From: Candidatus Omnitrophota bacterium
Lineage (GTDB): Bacteria; Omnitrophota; Gorgyraeia; Gorgyraeales; Gorgyraeaceae
DNA: 58,357 nucleotides
Direction: 5' to 3'
Assembly (NCBI GenBank): GCA_018902915.1
Contig: JAHIPS010000081.1
Coordinates: 1-58,357 of the forward strand
Positions 52,521 to 58,357 of the stretch are shown piece after piece. Position 1 is the first letter of the stretch. The number at the start of each line of letters is the position of its first letter. Made by a program: the position numbers and the translations under genes. A model generated the notes under the pieces. It did no database searches. It had not been told where the DNA came from and saw only the letters and a program-made list of their open reading frames with translations.

Positions 52521-52788
52521 ATAGGAAATTATATGCCCCCCTGTTTTGTTTCGCTTCACCCCTAGAAATTGCAAAGCAATTTCAGGGACTTTAGTCCTGG
52601 GAATTCTTCGAATTCCTCAGGGCTCAACAAAACAAAGCAGGCCTGTCCCCCCTGCTTTGTTTTTGACCTGTCCCCGCGATTAGATTTGCGCCAGCAAATC
52701 TGCGGGGAAAAAACAAGGGGGGAGGGGACTGCGAAAAATCTCTTTGAGTCACCGAGCTCGCTGAAAGGCGGGCGAGATTTTTCTTGAG
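52521..52788. repeat. composite C6...G6 modular element (copies B1 and B2 plus right module) in a 430-bp gene-free interval
   Basis: Left flank ATAGGAAATTATATG. B1 has C6 at 52536-52541 and inner hairpins at 52560-52587 and 52596-52621. B2 has C6 at 52647-52652 and G6 at 52717-52722. The right module is ACTGCGAAAAATCTC...GAGATTTTTCTTGAG, ending at 52788. Confidence 0.85.
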
Positions 52789-52833
52789 TTTGTTGTTTTT
52801 AGGAGTATAATACAGAAAAAGAAAGGGGGATGT

Positions 52834-53283
52834 ATGTGGAAAAGGTTAATTGTTTTACTGCTCGTGGTTTCTTTTGGTTTGATGGCGAGCTATGTTTATG
52901 CAGGAGGGTGTGAAAAAGGAAAAAGCGACAAGCATAATATGGAGGACAAGGTATTTCACAAGGCCATGATGCTGATTAAAAATCAGGAAGAATTAGGTCT
53001 TACAGACGAACAAATAAAGAAGGTAAAGGATCTGAAGATTGCTACTAAGAAGGACGTGATAAAGAAAAAGGCTGATATTGAGATACTTGGTCTGGATATA
53101 AAGGCAGCCTTGTGGGATGATGTAGTAGATTTAAACGCACTAAATGCATTGATTGACACGAAGTATGAGCTTAAAAAAGAAAAGACAAAGTCTTTGGTAG
53201 CTGCATATGTGGAGCTCAAAGGCGTTTTGACAGAAGAACAAAAGACAAAACTCAAAGATCTTTGCAAAAAAGATAAAAAGTAA
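52834..53283 (+). CDS. periplasmic CpxP/Spy/ZraP-like (LTxxQ) protein
   Basis: Signal peptide, LGLTDEQIKKVKDL and LTEEQKTKLKDL, otherwise helical and Lys/Glu-rich. Confidence 0.7.
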   Translation: MWKRLIVLLLVVSFGLMASYVYAGGCEKGKSDKHNMEDKVFHKAMMLIKNQEELGLTDEQIKKVKDLKIATKKDVIKKKADIEILGLDIKAALWDDVVDLNALNALIDTKYELKKEKTKSLVAAYVELKGVLTEEQKTKLKDLCKKDKK

Positions 53284-53289
53284 AACTTA

Positions 53290-53325
53290 GTAACAGAGGA
53301 AGGTTTAAAAACCTTCCTCTGTTAC
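53290..53325 (+). terminator. 17-bp-stem hairpin after the CpxP-like gene
   Basis: GTAACAGAGGAAGGTTT-aa-AAACCTTCCTCTGTTAC. No clear T-tract follows. Confidence 0.5.
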
Positions 53326-53421
53326 TGTAAATAATCCTGCCTGACTTAACTATTCTGATCTATCTGAAAATCTAAAATTTTTTCTATATTCTTATCGACA
53401 GTTTCTTGACGCCGGTATATA

Positions 53422-53437
53422 ATGCACATATGTGCAT
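53422..53437. promoter_or_regulatory. perfect 16-nt palindrome ATGCACATATGTGCAT overlapping a TATAAT (53418-53423); candidate operator
   Basis: Read directly. A -35-like TCGACA lies 17 nt upstream of the TATAAT. Confidence 0.5.
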
Positions 53438-53452
53438 AACTACGAGGACGAT

Positions 53453-53758
53453 ATGAGACCGAAAAAGACACGGTGGGTTAAATGCGAGCCTGGCGAAAGG
53501 TGTTTTAGGCCGCAGTGTAAGCCACTGAATAAATTAGAAGGTGTTAATTTGACTATTGATGAATTTGAGGCAATACGACTTTCAGACCTGGAAGGATTAA
53601 CACAGCATGAAGTGGCCAGGAAGATGAAAGTGCATCGCTCAACAATATCAAGGGTTCTTGCATCAGGCCATAAAAAGGTAGCAGACGCATTGGTAAATAT
53701 AAAAGCTATAAAGATTGAAGGCGGATGCTGCAAGATCATAATGAAAGAGAAAAGATAA
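53453..53758 (+). CDS. DUF134/UPF0251 DNA-binding protein
   Basis: MRPKKTRWV...FRP...LTIDEFEAIRLSDLEGLTQHEVARKMKVHRSTISRVLASGHKKVADALV...IKIEGG. Confidence 0.8.
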   Translation: MRPKKTRWVKCEPGERCFRPQCKPLNKLEGVNLTIDEFEAIRLSDLEGLTQHEVARKMKVHRSTISRVLASGHKKVADALVNIKAIKIEGGCCKIIMKEKR

Positions 53759-53780
53759 AAGGACAGGTAAGGGTGTCAGG

Positions 53781-54215
53781 ATGAGAGGTTTTATATTTTT
53801 ATTTTTCTTATTTTTTATTTTAGCGCCTAATCTTATAGCTGAAGAAAATGTTTCAGATAATATGGACTATCTCGGTGTGTATTATTTTCGCAGTAATTTC
53901 CGCTGTAGCAACTGCTATAAGATAGAAGAATACACGAAAGAATCTGTAGAAGGATTCTTCGAAAAAGAACTGTCTTCGGGTGAACTGGTTTACAAAGTTA
54001 TAAATATTGATGAAAAAGAAAATAGTCATTTTATTGAGGGTTATCAGCTTTACACAAAATCAGTGGTGCTTTCTAGGGTAGTAAGCGGGGAAGAAACAGA
54101 GTACAAGAATCTTCAAAAGATCTGGGAATACCTTGATGATAAAGACAAATTTCGTAACTACATAAAAGAAGAAATAAATAGTTTCTTGCATAAGAAAAAA
54201 GAAGAGGAAATATGA
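53781..54215 (+). CDS. secreted thioredoxin-like CxxC protein
   Basis: Signal peptide, then FRCSNCYKIEEY. Translationally coupled to the CcdA-like gene. Confidence 0.5.
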   Translation: MRGFIFLFFLFFILAPNLIAEENVSDNMDYLGVYYFRSNFRCSNCYKIEEYTKESVEGFFEKELSSGELVYKVINIDEKENSHFIEGYQLYTKSVVLSRVVSGEETEYKNLQKIWEYLDDKDKFRNYIKEEINSFLHKKKEEEI

Positions 54216-54889
54216 TATTTATTTCTGCATTGTGGTTAGGAATACTTGCTTCAATAAGCCCATGCCCTCTTGCTAGTAACATTGAAGCTGTCTCATTTTT
54301 ATCCAAAAAGATCACGCGTCCAAAGATTGTGTTGTCGACAGGTATGGCTTACACGCTTGGTCGCATGATTAGTTATGCACTAGTAGGCTCTATTATTGTA
54401 ATGTCGCTTGTAAGCGTGCCGATTGTGGCTAATTTTCTTCAGAAATATATGAATAGAATAATGGGACCTATTCTTCTCATTGTAGGGTTTTTTCTCCTGG
54501 ATATTATAAGGTTTAATATACCGAGAATTTCTTGTTCCCAGAGAACAAAGGAAAGTATGGCGAATTCTGGAGCCAAGGGAGCGTTCACACTCGGTGTAAT
54601 ATTCGCGCTTTCATTTTGTCCTATATCCGCGGCACTATTCTTTGGCAGTTTAATTCCCATGGCTTTAAATAACAGTTGCGGTATTGCGCTGCCTTTTATT
54701 TATGGTCTAGGCACAGGTCTTCCGGTTGTTGTTTTTTCTTTAGGTATAGCCCTGGGAGTGAAGTCTTTTTCATATTGGTTTTCTAAAGTGAAGCAATTCG
54801 AGCCGTATGCAAGGAAGGTTACAGGAGGAATATTTATTCTTGTCGGCCTGTATTACATATGGGCATATATTCTTGTTGGAATGTTTTAG
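54212..54889 (+). CDS. CcdA/DsbD-family transmembrane thiol:disulfide electron transporter
   Basis: 225 aa, 6 TM helices. Conserved Cys-Pro motifs ASISPCPLASN and LSFCPISAALF. Confidence 0.7.
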   Translation: MIFISALWLGILASISPCPLASNIEAVSFLSKKITRPKIVLSTGMAYTLGRMISYALVGSIIVMSLVSVPIVANFLQKYMNRIMGPILLIVGFFLLDIIRFNIPRISCSQRTKESMANSGAKGAFTLGVIFALSFCPISAALFFGSLIPMALNNSCGIALPFIYGLGTGLPVVVFSLGIALGVKSFSYWFSKVKQFEPYARKVTGGIFILVGLYYIWAYILVGMF

Positions 54890-54898
54890 GGGGCATCA

Positions 54899-55975
54899 GT
54901 GGAAACAGTTGTTCACGAAGAGCGTGGGTTAAGTTTTTTTGAGAAATATCTCACTATATGGGTGATCGCCTGTATTGGTATAGGGATTTTGCTTGGGAAA
55001 TTATTTCCACAGGTCGCTGTCAAACTGGACAGTATCTCGATTTATCAGGTATCAATACCCATAGCAATATGTCTTTTTTTCATGATGTATCCTATCATGG
55101 TGAAGATCGATTTTAGAGAGGTTATTAAGGCAGGTAAGGCGCCCAAGCCAGTTCTTCTTACATTATTTGTCAACTGGTGCATCAAGCCGTTCACCATGCT
55201 TTTTATAGCCAGTTTATTTTTAGGCGTATTTTTTAAGAAAATGCTTCCTGGTTTTGAGATAGTTAGGGGAGGACAGGAGGTAGAATTATACCGGTCTTAT
55301 ATTTCAGGGTGTATATTACTGGGTATTGCGCCGTGCACAGCCATGGTGCTTATCTGGGGACATCTATCTAAAGGTAATGACGGCCACACCCTGGTCATGG
55401 TGGCAATAAATTCCCTGACCATGCTTTTTCTTTATGCGCCTTTAGGCGGCTGGCTTTTGGGCGTGAACAAGATGCCTATTCCATGGCAGACGATCGTACT
55501 TTCGGTCGTGATGTATGTGGGTGTGCCGCTTTTTCTGGGCTATCATACGCGAAAATGGATTATTGCCAGGAAAGGCCTTAAGTGGTTTCAAGAGAAATTC
55601 ATTCGTTATCTAACTCCGGTCTCAATCACTGCATTACTTTTTACGCTCATTCTTTTATTTTCATTTAAAGGAGAGCTGATTATCAATCAACCCCAGACAA
55701 TAGTCTTAATCGCGATCCCGCTTTTTATCCAGACCTGTCTAATATTTGGCCTGACCTATGCACTGGCAAGGTGGCTCAAGCTTCCATACATGGATGCTGC
55801 GCCATCTGCATTGATAGGAGCGAGCAATCATTTTGAAGTAGCTATTGCCACTTCCACAGTGCTCTTTGGCCTTTCTTCAGGCGCATCCCTGGCAACAGTA
55901 GTAGGGGTATTAATAGAGGTACCAGTCATGCTGATGTTGGTGAAGGTATGTTTACGGACTCGACATCTATTTTAG
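54899..55975 (+). CDS. acr3: ACR3-family arsenite efflux permease
   Basis: [23 protein letters not shown] and the conserved Cys in GIAPCTAMV. 10 TM helices. GTG start. Confidence 0.85.
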   Translation: METVVHEERGLSFFEKYLTIWVIACIGIGILLGKLFPQVAVKLDSISIYQVSIPIAICLFFMMYPIMVKIDFREVIKAGKAPKPVLLTLFVNWCIKPFTMLFIASLFLGVFFKKMLPGFEIVRGGQEVELYRSYISGCILLGIAPCTAMVLIWGHLSKGNDGHTLVMVAINSLTMLFLYAPLGGWLLGVNKMPIPWQTIVLSVVMYVGVPLFLGYHTRKWIIARKGLKWFQEKFIRYLTPVSITALLFTLILLFSFKGELIINQPQTIVLIAIPLFIQTCLIFGLTYALARWLKLPYMDAAPSALIGASNHFEVAIATSTVLFGLSSGASLATVVGVLIEVPVMLMLVKVCLRTRHLF

Positions 55976-55999
55976 AAAGGTATTATTTTTTTATTCCCC

Positions 56000-56029
56000 T
56001 TGACATAGGGTAGGGGGGCAGGGTATACT
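56000..56029 (+). promoter_or_regulatory. promoter TTGACA-18 nt-TATACT whose spacer carries GGGTA-G6-CAGGGTA; candidate CsoR operator
   Basis: TTGACA at 56000-56005, G6 at 56013-56018, TATACT at 56024-56029. Confidence 0.5.
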
Positions 56030-56049
56030 TGTAATGGGAGGATAATGAT

Positions 56050-56334
56050 ATGAGACAAAAGACCGTACATCAGGAACAAGTGCCAGCGCTAAAAAGGATC
56101 GAGGGGCAGGTCAAGGGAATACAGAGGATGATAGAGGAAAAAAGATATTGCGTGGATATCATTACTCAGATACACTCTATTATAGGTGCACTTTATACGG
56201 TGGAGAGCAATGTATTCCACAAGCATATTGATGGTTGCGTTGTACATGCCTTGAAAGGAAAATCCGAGGCTGAAAAACAAAAGAAGATAGATGAGATTAT
56301 TAGCTTGATTCAGAGATTCAGAAGGAGTCCTTGA
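56050..56334 (+). CDS. csoR: CsoR-family Cu(I)-sensing repressor
   Basis: RIEGQVKGIQRMIEEKRYCVDII...HKHIDGC, which is the x-C-H-C ligand fingerprint (H-x3-C). Confidence 0.8.
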   Translation: MRQKTVHQEQVPALKRIEGQVKGIQRMIEEKRYCVDIITQIHSIIGALYTVESNVFHKHIDGCVVHALKGKSEAEKQKKIDEIISLIQRFRRSP

Positions 56335-56335
56335 A

Positions 56336-57589
56336 ATGAGAATTCCACACTTTATTTTCGTAATAGCTATATTGGCCATTAGCGCAGGATATGCTTATTC
56401 TGAAGAAGCAGTAACGCTTGATTTATTGATTGAAGAGGCATTGAGTAATAATCCAAATATACAATCTGCCTATAGCGATTGGAAGGCTCAGGAATATAAG
56501 GCAAGATATGTAAGAGGGCTTCCTGATCCGCAAGCAAGCTATGGATATTTTGGCGAGAGCGTTGAGACAAGGGTCGGGCCTCAGGAGCAAAAGTACGGTG
56601 TTTCCCAGAAGATCCCGTTTCCGGGAAAGTTAAACCTTAAAGGTAAGGCGCAGGCCAAGCTTGCCAGCATATTGGAAGAAAAGTACGAAGCTGCAAAGCG
56701 CGAGATCATAAAGGAAATAAAGTTTTTATATTATGACATTTATTGGGTGGATAAGGCGATTAAAATAACAGAGGAAGAAAAGGCAATAATAGAGGGCCTG
56801 GAAAAGGTAGCGCAGCGCAAGTATGAATCAAATCTTACGCCCCAGCAGGATGTCATCAAGGCGCAGGTGGAGCTTTCAAAATTGATCGATAAGTTATTCC
56901 TTTTAAGGCAGAATAGAAAGAGCTTGGAGGCGAAGGCGAATAGGCTCCTTAACAGGCCAAGGGGCAAAGAATTAGGTAAGACCAGTGACGTTGAACCAGT
57001 AGAATTTATCTATGAACTTGACGAGCTTCACAGGATATCAGACGCGTCCAGTCAGCAGCTACTCGCTTCTAAGTTGGATATAGAAAGAGCTGAGTACGAA
57101 AGGTCTCTGGCAAGATTGGATTATCTTCCAGATTTTACATTTGGTATTGACTACACCGAGATAGGAAGCGGCAGCACCACTCAGCCAAATGATGGTGACG
57201 ATACGTGGATGGGCAAGATCTCTGTAAATGTTCCAATATGGTTTGGTAAATTAAACGCCCAGGTCAAGGAGAAAAAGGCGCTTTTAGAGTCAAGTAAGAA
57301 AAACCACGAAGACACGGAAAATGTCGTGGATTATGAGGTTGAGGATTTATATTTTAAAATCACGACCTATAAAGATATAATCTCGCTTTATAAGACAGCG
57401 CTGGTGCCGCAGGCAGAGCAGGCCTATGATGCAGCAAGGACCAGCTATGAAACAGGTAAAGTAGATTTTCTAAACTGGCTTGATGCCGAGAGGGTACTTT
57501 TACAGACAAGGCTTGCGCATTACAAGGCGATCGTAGATTATGAGAAGTCGATTGCGTATTTAGAGCGTGTCGTAGGGAGAGATTTGTAA
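56336..57589 (+). CDS. TolC/CusC-type outer-membrane efflux protein
   Basis: 417 aa. Signal peptide and two OEP repeats (LTLDLLIEEALSNNPNIQSA...; ...AERVLLQTRLAHYKAIVDYEKSIAYLERVVG). Confidence 0.8.
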   Translation: MRIPHFIFVIAILAISAGYAYSEEAVTLDLLIEEALSNNPNIQSAYSDWKAQEYKARYVRGLPDPQASYGYFGESVETRVGPQEQKYGVSQKIPFPGKLNLKGKAQAKLASILEEKYEAAKREIIKEIKFLYYDIYWVDKAIKITEEEKAIIEGLEKVAQRKYESNLTPQQDVIKAQVELSKLIDKLFLLRQNRKSLEAKANRLLNRPRGKELGKTSDVEPVEFIYELDELHRISDASSQQLLASKLDIERAEYERSLARLDYLPDFTFGIDYTEIGSGSTTQPNDGDDTWMGKISVNVPIWFGKLNAQVKEKKALLESSKKNHEDTENVVDYEVEDLYFKITTYKDIISLYKTALVPQAEQAYDAARTSYETGKVDFLNWLDAERVLLQTRLAHYKAIVDYEKSIAYLERVVGRDL

Positions 57590-57597
57590 CTGGTTCT

Positions 57598-57669
57598 GTC
57601 ATTGCGAGGCGCGAAGCGCCGAAGCAATCTCAAAAAGAGATTGCTTCGCTTCGCTTCGCTCGCAATGAC
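57598..57669. repeat. 72-nt hairpin (11 + 11 bp perfect segments, A5 loop) containing (GCTTC)x3
   Basis: GTCATTGCGAG...GAAGCAATCTC-aaaaa-GAGATTGCTTC...CTCGCAATGAC. It lies between the cusC-like stop and the cusB-like start. Confidence 0.85.
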
Positions 57670-57683
57670 AAAAAGGAGTAACC

Positions 57684-58357
57684 ATGAAAAATATTCTTAT
57701 AATAGTATTTATTTCTACCTTGATTCTCGCGGGTTGCAGCCAAAGCAAAACAGACGAAATACGGAATACGGATGACGGAATACGATATTATACCTGTGGC
57801 ATGCATCCGAGTGTAAAGGTCTCTGTGGAAGAGTATAATAAAGGTAACAAGAGTTGCCCGATCTGCAATATGAATCTAACTCCGGTCTATAAAGAAACAA
57901 AAGAATCTAAAGAGAGAAAAATACTTTTCTATCGCAATCCAATGAATCCCAGTATAACATCAGATGTGCCGACCAAGGATGAGATGGGTATGGACTATAT
58001 CCCGGTGTATGAATCAGAAGGAGCCGATGACGCTTATTATGGCTGTGGGATGGAAGGCGTGGAGCATGTGTTTTTGATAAAAGAAATTCCAGGCATGAAG
58101 TTTTGCCCTATATGCGGTATGCCCCTTAAGAAATTATCAAAAGATGAGGCGGATAAATTAAAAGGAGTAGTGAGCACGGTTAAGATAAAGGGTAATGAAA
58201 TAAGGCTGGCAGGCGTTCAGACTGAATCTCTAAAAAAACTCCATCTCTATAAAGAAATCCGCACAGTAGGCAGGGTTGCCTATGACCCAGAACTCGCGAT
58301 TGCCCAGGAGGAATTTATCGCGGCCCTGGAGGTCTCTGATAAGATCCAGCAAGGGAA
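57684..58357 (+). CDS. CusB-like efflux adaptor lipoprotein with N-terminal heavy-metal-binding domains (3' end outside window)
   Basis: Lipobox LILAGC, YYTCGMHPSV...CPICNMNL and a second degenerate copy YYGCGMEG...CPICGMPL. The frame is open to the window edge. Confidence 0.75.
   Translation, partial: MKNILIIVFISTLILAGCSQSKTDEIRNTDDGIRYYTCGMHPSVKVSVEEYNKGNKSCPICNMNLTPVYKETKESKERKILFYRNPMNPSITSDVPTKDEMGMDYIPVYESEGADDAYYGCGMEGVEHVFLIKEIPGMKFCPICGMPLKKLSKDEADKLKGVVSTVKIKGNEIRLAGVQTESLKKLHLYKEIRTVGRVAYDPELAIAQEEFIAALEVSDKIQQG

Noticed and set aside
52569-52787. 72-aa + strand ORF in the chrA/CpxP-like intergenic region
   Set aside because: It runs entirely through the C6/G6 hairpin repeats (copies B1/B2). 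It has no RBS and a low-complexity translation (…PPCFVFDLSPRLDLRQQICGEK…). It is an artefact of stop-free repeat DNA.
52521-52788. Possible CRISPR array among the repeated hairpins
   Set aside because: The units are not regularly spaced direct repeats with unique spacers. They are nested inverted repeats of differing sequence, and no cas genes are present.

Overview
This is a 58.4-kb chromosomal segment from what looks like a strictly anaerobic, diderm bacterium; no taxon can be assigned without a database search. All of the roughly 68 credible genes lie on the + strand, mostly in tightly packed or overlapping operons. No rRNA, tRNA, CRISPR array, transposase or phage genes were seen.

Gene blocks, in order:
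1. 0-3.1 kb: oxidative-stress set (TrxB-like fragment, ferritin, superoxide reductase, PNPOx-like flavoprotein, AhpF-type disulfide reductase).
2. 3.2-5.5 kb: nth, an AmmeMemoRadiSam-type radical SAM enzyme, DUF4126.
3. 5.6-8.0 kb: fur-feoA-feoB.
4. 8.1-20.8 kb: one long sulfur-assimilation operon. It contains DUF2061 (frameshifted), cysH, a PiT permease, a JAMM protease, hemA, a hemC/cobA/hemD fusion, hemB, hemL, a ThiS-CysK fusion, a small sulfite reductase, TusA, a ThrC-like enzyme, a CysO-like carrier, a MoeB/ThiF-type E1 and a NIL-domain protein.
5. 20.8-23.7 kb: PhnD-like binding protein, histidine kinase and NarL-type regulator.
6. 23.9-30.5 kb: hdrCBA-mvhD plus three Flx-like Fe-S/flavin subunits.
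7. 30.5-32.4 kb: menA (frameshifted) and a polyprenyl synthase.
8. 32.4-39.2 kb: a Tat-exported Mo-bisPGD oxidoreductase cluster (Cys-rich secreted protein, porin, NrfD-type, 4Fe-4S, catalytic subunit, TorD-like chaperone). The catalytic-subunit motifs look ArrA/ArxA-like (arsenate reductase / arsenite oxidase).
9. 39.3-43.7 kb: response regulator, kinase, tatA, tatC, moeA, mobA.
10. 43.8-49.0 kb: NuoE-like, NuoF-like and FdhA (Cys-type formate dehydrogenase).
11. 49.0-52.4 kb: Moco biosynthesis genes and a short ChrA.
12. 52.8-56.0 kb: CpxP-like, DUF134, thioredoxin-like, CcdA-like and ACR3 genes.
13. 56.0-58.4 kb: csoR plus a Cus-like efflux system, truncated at the window edge.

Signals not explained by ordinary annotation:
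- A modular nested-hairpin repeat family bounded by C6/G6 runs. One 141-nt copy sits in frame inside the NuoF-like gene. The core segment occurs in both orientations relative to a conserved flank.
- A heptanucleotide tandem repeat (AGYGACR)n lies in frame inside hemC, hemB and hemL.
- Several families of perfect palindromes occur at gene 3' ends.
- Two frameshifts occur at T6 runs.

All functional calls come from reading the translations and from motif memory. None has been checked against a database.
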